From Raja brachyura (lineage: Eukaryota), in the NCBI GenBank assembly GCA_963514005.1, contig OY740810.1, positions 15,810,001 to 15,874,000 of the forward strand: 64,000 bases of DNA. The letters are read 5' to 3'. The notes under the pieces are model-generated. The model saw only the letters and a list, made by a program, of their open reading frames with translations. It had not been told where the DNA came from and did no database searches. The number at the start of each line of letters is the position of its first letter. The first letter of the stretch is position 1. A program made the position numbers and the translations under genes. Below are positions 11,046 through 23,640 of this stretch, piece by piece.

Positions 11046-12766
11046 ACCCAAGTACAATGTACTTCTGGTATTACACATGAGACACACTCTGCTTGCACAC
11101 GGAGATGGAGTCATGAAATTAGAATTTATTCACTATAATGTCAGTGAGAACAATCATTTCACAATCACAACTACCTCCTGTCACTGAACACTGACAGCTA
11201 GATGCTCTATGTTCAAAGTCTCATGTCAATGTTCTTCCTGCTTCAACTCAACTTTGTGCAACTGGCCTTCCAAACACCTGGAAGGTTATTATCATCCCAT
11301 GGTAAATTCCCTCAAAATTTTGTTTGGAAATTAGCGCCAACATTCCGAAGAACAATAATATGCGCAGAATGCTAAGTGTAGTATACTGTAGTATATTGCA
11401 TTCTTGGGACATAGGGCAGAACAGTACCACACAGGGACAGACCCTTTGGCAAGCAATATCCATGCCGAACATGATGCACATGATCCATATTCCTCCTATT
11501 CCCTACATACCAATGTGCCAATTGAAAAGATTCTCAAACGTCACTATTTTCAGACTCACTTTCGATGCCCTGCCTGCACTTTAACCTCGGGATCTCTCAT
11601 TTCAATGTTCCTTTCCAAGCTCCTTCATACGTTTCCCATGACCATGCTTTTAGTTCTAGTCCTAGGACTTGCTCGGAGTCAAATTCTGTCACCTGCTTAG
11701 GAAGATGTACATTAAGTTGGGAATGTAATTTTTAAAAAAATCCAATTTCTTTCTCAGTGACAAAATGCTGACCAAGAACTCTGATGATGCAATGTGGTGA
11801 AATGCATGATGTAAGTGCACGTGTTGTAATATTGTTTAGTGTGTGATGATGCAACTAGACTGAATCTGCCAGCAATTGACTGTAAATTGCTTGCGATGAA
11901 TGTACAACGGTAGGTTGACTATCACTTAGCTCAACGCACATTTCACTCTTGTGCCAACAACACAGGGCATGCTTGATCATGTGGCCGTTCCACAAGGCCC
12001 ACAATGAATGAAAGCCACAGCGTGACATCTGAACAATATTCCAAACGTTGAAAACTCCAGCTGTGATCAGAGATCACTGAACCAGATCACAAGCCTCAGA
12101 CATTAACAACAACCCTGGATGGCTTGAGAACTTTAACATATATTCAAGCCTATAATTCACACACATTTATCTATAGTTCTATATATAAACCACAAATGCC
12201 TGAATTAGGGCTTGGCCTGTGTGTATGAATGACACCTTATACAGAAACTGTCCAACCTCCAGCTTATATCTCACATCCAGGTGTATATTACTCTGCATTA
12301 AAATCACCATCACTTTAGAGTTCATTATACACTCCATGGTAAATATATATATAAACCAACCCATACCCAGATTAGATTCCAGGCTGTAACGCCCTCCTGG
12401 GTATCATTTAATCGATATATAAACTACTCCAGGTCCTTGAACATATTCTAGTTTGTAACCCACTCCAGGGTAATAGTTATTCTAAATGAATATTTTGAAT
12501 GTTCAGCATATTCCATAAGCACTTTCAGTGAGAAGTTATTTATTAAAAATGGATCTTGCTCCATTAGGAATATCACTGCTGGCTCATCTTGCTGAATATT
12601 TATCATACAGCTAATATACAGACCAACTGGTTATAGTGAGTGGATTGGTTAGTTTTGCTCTCATTCTGTCTCCACCTTCCCATCCCCATCTCCCGCTCAC
12701 TTTTTCCGTCTCCATCCTCCTCTCCCTCTTGAAGGGCCGAATGGCCTACTCCTGCAACTATTGTCT

Positions 12767-12908
12767 NNNNNNNNNNNNNNNNNNNNNNNNNNNNNNNNNN
12801 NNNNNNNNNNNNNNNNNNNNNNNNNNNNNNNNNNNNNNNNNNNNNNNNNNNNNNNNNNNNNNNNNNNNNNNNNNNNNNNNNNNNNNNNNNNNNNNNNNNN
12901 NNNNNNNN
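12767..12908. other. Assembly gap (N run)
   Basis: Run of n. Confidence 1.
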
Positions 12909-13049
12909 TCACTGCCTCTCTCTCTTTCTCCCTCAGCATCCCCCCCTCTCTCGCCATCTCTCTCTATATTTTTGTCTGTCTGTCTGTCTCTCTTTATCTC
13001 TCCTGCTTTCTATCTTTCTCAATTTCCCTCTACACATCTCTTTCTCTTA

Positions 13050-13793
13050 GTAATAGAGGTAGAAAACACGGAAACATTGCCTTCGGCCCAACCACGTTGC
13101 CTAACCAAGTTTGTCTCACCTGCCTGCATCTGACCCATATCCCTCTAAACTATTTATATCCATTTAATAGTCCAAGTGTTTTTTAAACATTGTAAACATA
13201 CCTACACTTACCATTTGCTCTGCCCTCTCATTTCATACACAAACTATCCTCTGTGTGAATAAAGTGCCACTCTGGAGCTTTTAAATCTTTCCCCCCCAAC
13301 TGTAAATCTATGCCATGTAGTTTCATACTCCCCTACCCAGGGACCCAAGGGAAACAACTGTAACATTCACCTTATCCACGCCCCTTATGATTTCATAAAA
13401 CTTTGTACGGTCATCCCTCCGTCACTCCAGGAGAAAAGACCCAGCCAATCCAGCTTCTCCTTATCACTCTCCTTATATCTTATAACTCAAACCCTCCAGA
13501 CCTGAAACACCTTCCTAAATCATTTTTGCACACTTTTCAATTCAGTGATATCCTTCCCATAGCAGGACAACCAGAACTGCGCACAGTTCTCCAAATTTGT
13601 CCATATCAAAATCCTATACAGTTGTAATGTGATGTCCAACTCCTGTACACGTACCCTGACCAATGATAAATGCCTTCTTCAGCACCCAATCCACCGGTCT
13701 CACCACTTACAGCCCACTGCCCATCTCTTTCTTGACATTTCCTTCTCTCTATGTCTCTCCCCATCTCTCCCTCCCCATCTCGCTCCGTCTTTC

Positions 13794-13838
<45 letters not shown>

Positions 13839-15710
13839 CCCACATCTCTCCCATCCCCTGTTCTCTACATGGAACATGGAGCAGTACAGCACCAGAACAG
13901 GTCTTTTCAGCCCACCACGTCTGTGCTAAACATGATGATAAATTGAACTAATCTCTTCTGCCTACATATGATCAATATCCTCCATTCTCTCAATATCCAT
14001 GTATCTATCTAAAAGTCCCTTAAATTCCACTATCGTATCTGCCTCAACCACCACCCCTGGCATCAAGTCCCAGGCACTCACCACCCTCTGGGTAAATGTT
14101 TCCCCCTCAGATCTCCTTTAAACCTTGTCCCTCTCACCTGAAAATTATGCCATCTAGACTTTGACATTTCTACTCTGGGAAAAATATTCTGACTATAATG
14201 TCCATCCGCTCCTTATGGTGAATACCTTCTAATCCAGGCAGCATTCTGGTGAACTACCCTTTCCAAAGGCTCCATATTTGTCCTGTAATGGGGTGATCAG
14301 AACTGTATCCAATTCTCCAAATGGCCCAACTGAAGTTTTATAAACTGCATCATGACTTCCTGACTTTTCTACTCGATGCCCTGGCCAACGAAGGCAAGCA
14401 TACCACTTGGCTCCTTTACCACTCTATCTCCTTTGAGGGAGCTATAGAGCTAGACCCCCCTGTGCATCAATGCTGTTAAAGACCCTGCCATGAACTATAC
14501 CTTCCCCATACATTTGACTTCTAAAAACACAACACCTCACATTTGTCTGGATTAAACTCTATCTGCTGTTTCATGGCCATTTCGTTAGCTGATCTATATC
14601 AATCCTGCTGCATCCTTTATCAGCTTTCTTCACTATCCGCAACTCCACCAATCTTAGCGTCATCTACAAACTTCGGCATGTCCCCAAAAACTACAGATGT
14701 GGCGTAGAAAGCACTTTATTGGAATGCGTCTCAGCATGTTTCGGGATCAGCTCCATCCAAGACCGTAAGACATTGCAGAGGATTGTGGATGCATTCCAGA
14801 CCATCACACAACTAACCTCCCTTCCATTGGCTCCATTTACACTTCACACTGCTTCGGCGAGGCCATCAGCATAATCAAGGATGAGTCTCACCCTGGTCAT
14901 TCTAACTTCTCCCATCCAGGCAAGAGGTACAAAAGTGTGAAATCACAAACCTCCAGATTCAGGGACAGTTTCTTCCCAACTGTAACTAGACCATCCTATC
15001 AACAACTAAAGCGTGGTCCTGAACTACTATCTACCTCATTAGAGACCTTTGGACCATCTTTAATCGGACTTTCCAGGACTTTATCTTACACCAAACCTTA
15101 TTCCCTTTATCATGTATCTCTACACTGTGGATGGCTCGATTGTAATCATGTATAATATTTCCACAGACTGGTTAGCACGCAACAAAAGCTTTTCACTGTT
15201 CATTGATAACTAAACTAAACTTACCAACCAACGCATCTCCATTTTTGTCTGAGTAATTTATATATATATAGTATCACAAGCAACAGAAGTCCCAGCACAG
15301 ATCCTTGTGGAATTCTACTCGTCACAGACTTCTGGCCAGAATAACACCCTCCCACCACAACCCCCTGTCTTCTCTGGGTAAACCAGTTCTGAATCCAAAC
15401 TAATTATTCAACTTAATTTGCGACAATAATAACAATGAACCTGTCCAAGATCCCACACTGCCGGATCAGTCTAGCATAAGGGACCCTCCTCTCTTTCGGA
15501 AGAGAAGGAAATTCGGCAACTCTCCAATGACTCTCAGATGCATCTTAGATCCCACCAGGCCCCCATTGTCCAGTTTATTGCTTTTCAAAGGTTCAACATC
15601 ACCACTTTAAACTCAAAATGTCCCAGCATATGTGTACTCCACTCTCTTACTGTCCTCCATGTCCTTCTCCTTGGTGAATACCGATGCAAAGTACAGGTTT
15701 AGTACCTCAT
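13050..15710 (-). mobile_element. Cluster of degraded antisense CR1/HER1-like LINE fragments, interrupted by (TC)n at about 13797-13835 and by a Rex1-like piece
   Basis: Recurrent CCAGAACTGCGCACAG/GATCAGAACTGTATCC, GGCAAGCATACCA and CCACCAATCTTAGCGTCATCTACAAACTT (antisense of an RT KFxDD region); no open frame. Confidence 0.6.
14670..15220 (+). mobile_element. Rex1/Babar-like LINE 3' fragment
   Basis: Encodes a degenerate GKRYKSVKSQTSRFRDSFFP, homologous to the C-terminus of the ORF at 20512-21492; tail ends in AACTAAACTAAAC. Confidence 0.65.
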
Positions 15711-15984
15711 CCCCAGGGCCATTCCCTCCCAGGGTGCGCTCCCTCTCACAGAGGGCCCGCTCCCTCCCGCAGCCTCTCCCCAAGGTACCGCAACCGGGCC
15801 GGGAGCCGCCCCGCACCGGACCGCATGCACAAGGACAGGCGCAAAATGCGCGCAAATCCGTCGCAGCGAGCACCAGGCAGCGCCGTGGAGTGGCGAGACT
15901 CCCGACACTTCGGTGGGAGGTGACAGGACAAGCGGCGGTCTGTCAATGTCACACATCACGCCGGGGACTCGGCAAAGCGTCCAC

Positions 15985-16410
15985 CCGCCACCCCTCCCTC
16001 ACCGCCATGCGCCTCATTCCCCTCGCCGCCTCCACTCCCCCCCCCCCCCTCATTCTCCCCACTCTTCCCTCTCCGCCCTCACCCTCCTCTCCGCTCTGCC
16101 TCATACTCCCCGCGCCCCATCCCTCAGCCCCTCTCATGCCCGCCCTCTCCCCTCCCTCCCTCACCCTCCCCTCATCTTCTGCCTCCATCCCTCCCTCATT
16201 TTCGCTCTGCCTCTTTCTCCACTCCCACTTCTCTTGACCCTCCCCTCCACACTCTCTCCCTCTCCCACACTCTACCCCTCATCTCCCCCTCTCCTGCCTC
16301 CTCATCCCCTCCCTTCCCCCTCATCCCCTCTCTGTCACACAGTCTCTCCCTTCCCCATCCATATCCCCCTTTATCTTCCCCCACACCCCCCCCCCCCCCC
16401 CGCCCTGTCT
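15985..16410. repeat. Polypyrimidine (C/T-rich) low-complexity tract
   Basis: The plus strand is almost entirely C/T. Confidence 0.85.
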
Positions 16411-16623
16411 CCCGTCTGCTCCCTGGGCCCAGCAGTCTGTCCGGGAGCAGCCGACCCCCGGAGCCAGATCGCCGCTGCCCGGGGGAGTTGGCAAAGTCCC
16501 TGCCGGTGGGGAGGGAGCCCAGGCCGGCGAGAGTTCAGTGAAGCCCGGCGTCTCCCAGCCGAGTGCGTTCCTTCCTTCCTTCCTTCGTCCGGCCGAGCGG
16601 TGGCGAAACTCGAGGCGGTTCTT

Positions 16624-16683
16624 ACATTCGGTTATCTAGCTTTATGACGGTACAACAATCTCATACAGCTAGATAACCAAAGA
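16624..16683 (-). ncRNA. mir-9: microRNA miR-9 precursor hairpin
   Basis: Reverse complement of 16661-16683 is UCUUUGGUUAUCUAGCUGUAUGA (exact miR-9-5p); 16624-16645 gives AUAAAGCUAGAUAACCGAAUGU (miR-9-3p with one substitution); loop GAUUGUUGUACCG; flanks GAGGC/GCCUC can form the basal stem. Confidence 0.98.
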
Positions 16684-18584
16684 CAGGAGCAGCCTCGGCA
16701 AGTCCCACTTCACGGGCGCAGTCCGCGTCGCTTCCATTTACTCTTCAACTTACTGCAAGGAATGACTGGGGACCCCAGCGCCGATGTGCCCACTGCCGCC
16801 CGCAGTTCGAGTGGTGCTCCAGTCCCCGCTTCAGCCGCCGGCAGATGTGTTCTGTAACAACCTCACTCCGCTCGGAATATCCTCAGATCGCGATCAAAGC
16901 CATTCGGGCAACCTCCAGCCAAACGGAGTCGCAATTGTTTGAAAACTGTGCGTCCCGTGAACTTGCACCCAAGACTGTGTTAGAGTGGGAGATCCGGAGT
17001 GCAGAAGGCAAGGAATCTGTCCACAGGCATCCGACCCCGGCGCACAGGGAGGGAGGCAGGCAGGGAGGCAGGCATGTGGCGGCGATGGTCTCCGACACCC
17101 AGTGCGCTGTGTTGAAGGGTTGCCCGGCAGAGTCCCCCCTGTCGCGGCTGCCGAGCCCCGCCGCACTCCCAGCGATGGCAACGACCATTCACACCCGGTC
17201 CCGGCCGCCGTGGCAACGCCAGAACAGGTCCCCCCAAAATCAACGCCACCGAATGACACGTGCATTAACAGGGTTTAGCAGGCGACATAGTGCCAAACAC
17301 TCACGGGTCTTGTCAAACTTTCCTATCTGGCGAGGAGTTTTCGCGTGGGGGAGAGGCGAGTGGCGGCGGACACCGGTCGGACGCCCGTGTCCCGAGTGTG
17401 TGTCGCGCATACCCCTGTCCCACCGAGCTCTGGGCTCCGTCCCCCTGGGCCAGGGGTCATCCACCAGCACAATGACGATGTCATTTGACATTGGACACGC
17501 CTATTGATAAAGAGCCACATTCCCCGGCCCGCCTGCTTTCTTTCCCGTCTTATTCACTTGCACTTGATTCAAAGGACTTTTTCCAGACATTTAAATTTGT
17601 ATTAATTTAAAACCATTTCTTTCTTCCCCCCACCCCCATTGCAGCCTCCTGTCGGTCTTCTGCGGGCACAGGGCGGTGATCGCGGTCAAATGTGGTTTTG
17701 CTCAAGTGCAAGTTGATCGCAGGGGAGGGCGCCACGGTCGGTTTTAGTCACGACCTCACCTCGTGGCCTGGTGGGGTTGCTCCTGTCCGTCCAGCTTCAC
17801 CGGGGACATAATATGTTGTCGGAAAACATCGCCGAAGGGATGGGTGTTTAGTTGAGAATTGGGAGTTGCCGGCAGAGACCGCGACCAAGATAGTGGCGTG
17901 GAAGAGACTTTTGGATAGGTACACGGATATGAAGAGAATGGAGGGTTATGGATTCTGTCCAGACAAATAAGAGTCTGTGGTATGTTCAGCATGGACATTT
18001 TGGGCCGAAGGGCCTGTTCCTGTGCTGGACTGTTCTGTCTTCCCTGGAAGAAAGGAAGAGGGGCTGACTGGAAAACCAGCGGCAGAGAGGTGGGAGCTTC
18101 AGGAGGTAGAGGATGCAGAGAGGAAATGGAGGAGTTCTAGACTTGGACTTCAAGGAGGTGTACTGAAAGCAATGAACGGTGGGCAGGGAGGGTGGGAGGG
18201 AAGGGCCATTGGGAAATGTTGAAGGATACAGTCACAACATTGGTGTTCTGAATAACCTGCAGTCCGGTGAGACTGGAGGAGCGGGAGTGGGTTCATCCCA
18301 TGCACCCCTGACAGAGATGTCAGGGAATCTGAGGTATGAATGGAGGCAGGAAATGTTACTAGGGTTGAGTGAGAACTCCTGGTTCTCCCAGCCAGAAGCA
18401 GGAGGCCCAGCTTAGAGACAAGTGCAGATGTGAATGGAGTTAGTGGGGGTGGATAGGGGGGGGGGGGGGGAGAGATGGTAGCAACGACTACCAGCCCTAG
18501 CTCATTCAATGTTCTCTTCAGCTCAGGCACCAATGTCCAATCCCCATATTTTATATCCCAAATGATGCAGACGCAATGGAAGCA

Positions 18585-18736
18585 CATGCACATGCATGCA
18601 TACACACTTATGTACACATACATGACATATGCACATGCATCACACTTATGTACACATACATGACATATGCACATGCATCACATACGACAAATACACATTC
18701 ATATACATACATGAACACACACACACACACACACAC
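18585..18736. repeat. 38-bp tandem duplication (18603-18640, 18641-18678) followed by (CA)n
   Basis: CACACTTATGTACACATACATGACATATGCACATGCAT occurs twice. Confidence 0.9.
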
Positions 18737-19499
18737 TCGCGTGCACATATCTCTAAAAGGGTAATCTCTGTGACCTCATTCTTTGGGCAAAATATACAAG
18801 ACTTCCATGGGGAAAAAAAGCACCCAGTGGCTTCTTTGCACAAGTATGAGCAGGTCTCTCAGCCACATAGGAATGCAAACACAGCCTGACTTCCTCATCC
18901 CTCAAACCTCCATCCTCACCACAACATTCTCCCCAACAACACCTCAAACCTTCTTCCCTGCATCTCATTCCAGCCAACAAACAATCAAATGTCCAAAGAT
19001 ATTCATTTCCATAGTTTCTTTCAGAATATTCTTCCGTGTTTTCCAGTCATAAAAATATTCTTGATGTAGTCAGTGTCAGAATGTGGGAAATGCAGTAAAT
19101 GTTGTTGAACAAAAGTGTGGCCAAAAGAGTGGGCGAGAGACATAGGGTAAGTCAGAGACAGGTGAAGACAAAGAGGCCTCAATGGGAAATGTAGACATGA
19201 TGCATAGAAAGACATCGACTTGGGGTGGAGAGATGGACTTCGGAAGGTCCCTGACGAATGGTTCTGGACGTTGCGGAACAAGCCGCACTTAATTCAAACT
19301 ATTCCTTGGTTAAATAAGACTCTTGTGACAAATGATATTCCACATGAATCATCAACTCTACACCTCTCTTCGCAGATGCTGCCTGACCTCCTGGGTGTTT
19401 TCAGCAGTTCCTGTCTCTCTTTCAGATTTCCAGCATCTGTAGTTCTTTTGATTTTTAGTCTTGACCCCTGAGGAATGACCGTGCCTATGGTCTGAAGTT

Positions 19500-19870
19500 T
19501 AGGAGACTTGACAGGGTTGATGCCAGGATATCTACTCTGCTGTGCAAATCTAGAACCGGGGGCACAACCTCAGGATGAGGGGGTCATTCATTGAAGACGG
19601 AAGTATCAAGAGAGTTCTTCTCTCAGAAGGTTGCAAATATTTGGAAGTTTCTAAGCCATTGGGAAGTTTTGAGAGAGCTTATGGATGCAGTTTATTATTT
19701 ATTAAGGCTGAGGTAGACTGAATTTGATAACAGGGAATCGAAGATTATACGGATTAGACGAAGGTGACCCAAGGCCAAGGACTATCAGTCATGATCTTAC
19801 AGAATGGTAGAGCAGTCTCTAGTGTCCAAATGTCCTACTCCTGCTCCTATTTCTGATGTTCATATGCTCT
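19500..19870 (+). mobile_element. CR1-like LINE 3' fragment
   Basis: GACTTGACAGGGTTGATG...TCTAGAACCGGGGGCACAACCTCAGGAT...TTCTTCTCTCAGAAGGTTG...CCTACTCCTGCTCCTATTTCTGATGTTC. Confidence 0.6.
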
Positions 19871-20361
19871 GTCTGCGGTTCTGACCTTCATAACATAAAA
19901 AAGGATTTCAACCAATTTACAGAGAACACAAACTGAGTTATTGTAAGATCTTAAATTAAGCAATTCTCTTCAGTTGCACACAGCAAACATGCTACATGGT
20001 GCAGTAATAGCATTTTACATTTCTGTCTGCGGTCTAAACTGAGATTTGCTAAGGTTGGGCCGGGTATGTTGCGACACTGCGTGCTGTACCAGAGGAGGAC
20101 CTGTTATACTCATGTCTAGAATGATTTGACTGGAATGCATGTAGAACAAGCTTTGCACTGTATCTCTGCATACTTGGCAATAAATAAGTGGACTAACTAA
20201 CTAACAAAGTCAATGGAATCGGTTTTCCGAAGTGGGGACTGATGGGCCTCTGGTGCCTTCTGATTCGCCTGTCGCCTTGGTCAGTATCCCCTCCACCACA
20301 GGCCCTTTCACCTGATCAACAATACATCTGTTGTACTACTGATTTGAAAATATATGGAACT

Positions 20362-21778
20362 AGGAACTGATTGTTGACTTCGGAAGAGAAAGGCCAAGGA
20401 TCCACAAACCTCTCTTCATCCACAGGACGGTGGAGAAGAGAGTAAAAAAACTTCAAATTCCTGATTGTTCATATCTTTGAAGATCTGTCATGGATCCGGC
20501 ACATAAACTCATATGTCAGGCTGCTATTTATAGACTACAGCTCGGCATTTAACACAATCATCCCCTCCAAGCTGGTTACCAAACTCGCAGAACTGGGTCT
20601 TTGCGCATCCCTCTGCAATTGGATCCTCGTCTTCCTCATCCACAGACCACAGTCTGTTCGTATTGGTGGAAATGTGTCAGACTCGATAACAATCAGCACG
20701 GGAGCACCTCAGGGCTGCGTGCTCAGCCCCCTGCTGTACTCACTCTATACTCATGACTGCGTAGCTGGTCATAGCGCGAACTCCATCATCAAGTTCGCTG
20801 ACGACACCACTGTTGTGGGACGTATCACTGATGGGGATGAGTCCGAGTATAGAAGAGAGATCGAGCGACTGTCCATATGGTGCCAGCACAACAACCTGGC
20901 CCTCAACACCAGCAAAACCAAGGAACTGATTGTGGACTTTGGAAGGAGTAGGATGGGGACCCACAGTCCTGTTTATATCAACGGGTCGATGGTTGAAAGG
21001 GTCAAGAGCCTCAAATTCCTGGGCGTGCACATCTGTGAAGATCTTTCCTGGTCCGAGAACACAGTTGCAATTATTAAGAAAGCTCATCAGCGCCTCTACT
21101 TCCTGAGAAGATTACGGAGAGTTGGTCTGTCAAGGAGGACTCTCTCTAACTTCTACAGGTGTACAGTGGAGAGCTTGCTGACTGGTTGCATTGTGGCTTG
21201 GTTCGGCAACTTGAGCGCCCTGGAGAGGAAAAGACTACAAAAAGTAGTAAACACTGCCCAGTCCATCATCGGCTCTGACCTTCCTTCCATCGAGGGGATT
21301 TATCACAGTCGCTGCCTCAAAAAGGCTGGCAGCATCATCAAGGACCCACACCACCCTAGCCACACACTCATCTCCCTGCTACCTTCGGGTAGAAGGTACA
21401 GGAGCCTGAAGACTGCAACAACCCGGTTTAGGAATAGCTACTTCCCCACAGCCATCAGGCTATTAAACCTGGCTCGGAACTCTGAACATTAATATCCCTC
21501 CATCTGTTATTTGCACTTTATTAATTTATTAAGTCATGGGTGTATTTATGTACAGAATTGTAGTCAATGCCTTCTATGTTCTGTGGTGCTATGCAAAGAA
21601 AGATTTTCATTGTCCTGTCAGGGATACATGACAATAAACTCTTTTGACTTTGACTTTGACTTGACTAACGAAACCCCATAAATGCCTGTGCTTCCTTAGA
21701 AGAGTGAGCAGATTTGGTATGTTGATGAATATTCCCTTGAACTTCTACATGTGTACAATAGAGAGCGTATCGACTGAT
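20362..21778 (+). mobile_element. Older Rex1/Babar LINE fragment split by a younger copy
   Basis: 20362-20505 (KELIVDFGR...FKFL...SLKIC-like, degenerate) continues at about 21667-21778 (degenerate FLRR...NFYMCTIES). Confidence 0.6.
20512..21492 (+). CDS. 5'-truncated Rex1/Babar non-LTR retrotransposon reverse transcriptase ORF
   Basis: Open frame from 20512: [16 protein letters not shown]...[17 protein letters not shown]...[10 protein letters not shown]...KTKELIVDF...RFRNSYFP; RT motifs intact; 3' tail with AATAAA then (TTTGAC)n at about 21633-21666. Confidence 0.9.
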   Translation, partial: YVRLLFIDYSSAFNTIIPSKLVTKLAELGLCASLCNWILVFLIHRPQSVRIGGNVSDSITISTGAPQGCVLSPLLYSLYTHDCVAGHSANSIIKFADDTTVVGRITDGDESEYRREIERLSIWCQHNNLALNTSKTKELIVDFGRSRMGTHSPVYINGSMVERVKSLKFLGVHICEDLSWSENTVAIIKKAHQRLYFLRRLRRVGLSRRTLSNFYRCTVESLLTGCIVAWFGNLSALERKRLQKVVNTAQSIIGSDLPSIEGIYHSRCLKKAGSIIKDPHHPSHTLISLLPSGRRYRSLKTATTRFRNSYFPTAIRLLNLARNSEH

Positions 21779-21859
21779 CTCAAGTAGCACTATTTCGACT
21801 AAGACCAGTAACGTGAGACCACACTCGACAATTCCACAACAAATTCTCGAGACAAAATC

Positions 21860-22015
21860 AGATTTCTGCCTGTGTGGGATATTGCTGCGCGCATGTTAGC
21901 CATTGTCTTTCCTACGTCACAACAGGGGTTGCAGCACATAAGTACTGATGTGGCTGTGATATGTTTTAGGGTCTCCTGCCAGGAGTGCATAAAGTATTGT
22001 AAAAATGCAGATTCT
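21860..22015 (+). mobile_element. Deu-domain SINE remnant
   Basis: TGTGGGATATTGCTGCGCGCATGTTAGCC...TTTCCTACGTCACAACAG resembles the conserved Deu domain. Confidence 0.6.
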
Positions 22016-22624
22016 TTAAGTGCTATCTACACATAATTTCTTTACAGGGCAACTGAAGTTCCTTGCTGAAGCAGAGAGGCAGGAAGAACAATCTCAGGGT
22101 TATTAATATCACTACAATGCTCGCTTCCAGTCCATCTATCACCCTTGCTATAAATAAAGCTCTGTACATGGAAAGTGACTCTCAGCTGTGTATGAGAGTC
22201 CAATATTAAACCGTAATAAAAGATAAATAACATTATTTATCATAAGCACTAGGAGGCTGGGAATTTGTGTTCAGTCCTTGGCTGCAGTAATTTACCTCTG
22301 TTTGGGGTTTCTAATGGAATTGGAAAAACGTTGGTGCCAGTTGAAGAATTCTTACCCCTAGTCATCTATTTAGAGAAAGATTACCGCCATTACAAATATA
22401 CAGTATACCTGTTAAAGCTTCACTTTTACGTAAGTAAAAATGTTAGCGTGTTTGGCTTGCTGAGTGCTAAAGCCACCAGTAAATGGCAGCTCTTAGTGGT
22501 AATATATTCTTCACATCACATCTGGGACCACACTTCAAATGTACTTCATGGGCTGTGATGCACTGGTGGAGGTATTAAGGATGTCCAACTCATTTGTTCC
22601 ATTCTTTTCTCTGCAGCAATGGCC

Positions 22625-23150
22625 AGGGAAAGACTCTTACAAATCTTTACAGTTGCACCATAGAACCCATACTCTTGGGATGCATCACAAATTAGTTTGA
22701 GTACAGCTCTGCCCAAGAAACAACAAAATTCCAGAGAGTAGTGGATGTAGTTGAGTCTATTACGCTGTCCAGACTGACTATTAACTCCATCTGTACTTCA
22801 TGCAGACTCGGGAAAGTAGCCAACACAATCAAAGACATACATGTCCAACCCTGGTCATTCCTCCTTCTCCTGCTCCTGCCCAGCAGAAGATACAGAAGCT
22901 TGAAAGCACGCATGCCCAGGCTCAAGAACAGCTCCCCCCCCCCTCTGTTACCAAGCTCCTAGCTTCCGTAAGCTAGGGTACAGTCTAATTCTCCTCTACT
23001 CCATTCCAGACATTGGCTATATTATTGGAACAGGTGCGCTACAATGTAGAGAACCATATTCTGCACTCTGGAGCTCTCATTTACTCATTTACTTCAGTTG
23101 CGTGATTGTATTTATGTAGTATTACCTGATCTGATTGGATAACATACAAA
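22625..23150 (+). mobile_element. Rex1/L2-like LINE 3' fragment
   Basis: The ORF track shows LLPSRRYRSLKARMPRLKNS, homologous to the RT C-terminus; a related copy is at about 24030-24480. Confidence 0.65.
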
Positions 23151-23189
23151 ACAATTAGCTGGGATATCATTTTGTATTACACATTGGTG

Positions 23190-23640
23190 AGTGAGCACTT
23201 GCCAAATTGTGTGCAGTTGGGGTCGCCATACTTACTATAGGAAGGATGTGATTAAGATAGAAAGGGTGCAGAAAATATTCACTAGGATGTTGCCAGGATT
23301 AGAGGGTTGCATTTTGGGACCTCTAACATGGGCAGGGCCTACACATTGAATGGTAGGCCTCTGGGGTATAGAGCAGAGGGATCTAGGAGTGCAGGTGCAA
23401 GGTCAAGTCGCAGGTAGATATTATCACACAAATAATGGAGGTATAAGGAAGGAGTTGCCAGAGGAAGTGGTAAGGGTGGGTACAATTACAATGCGTAAAA
23501 TATATTTGACCAGGTTCATGGAATGTAAAAGTTTAGAAGGAAATGAGCCAAATGCAAGCAAATATGGCTAGCTCAGAAAGGCACCTTTATCAGCATGGAT
23601 GATTTGGGCCAAAGGTCCTGATTCATGCTGTTACACCATG
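23190..23640 (+). mobile_element. CR1/HER1-like LINE fragments
   Basis: TGTGTGCAGTTGGGGTCGCC...AGGAAGGATGTG...AGGGTGCAGAAAATATTCACTAGGATGTTGCC plus the 3' tail. Confidence 0.6.

Larger units (their letters stand above)
15740..17900. promoter_or_regulatory. CpG island spanning miR-9; probable proximal promoter on the high-coordinate side
   Basis: GC- and CpG-dense compared with the CpG-depleted flanks; contains X-box-like GGCAAC sites, a CACGTG E-box and GC boxes upstream of the minus-strand hairpin. Confidence 0.7.

Noticed and set aside
15869-15884. REST/RE1-like AGCACCAGGCAGCGCC near miR-9
   Set aside because: Two bases shorter than the TCAGCACCnnGGACAGCGCC consensus and missing the conserved A; a weaker partial match near 47351-47370 also fails.
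15632-17507. Long ORFs of 201, 244 and 220 aa over the CpG island
   Set aside because: Low-complexity Pro/Ser/Leu/Arg-rich translations of GC-rich, stop-poor DNA; no recognisable domain; one overlaps the miR-9 hairpin in antisense.
22475-22490. CTCF-like CCAGTAAATGGCAG (similar sites near 17722-17736 and 34420-34435)
   Set aside because: Mismatches at core positions; indistinguishable from chance without ChIP data.
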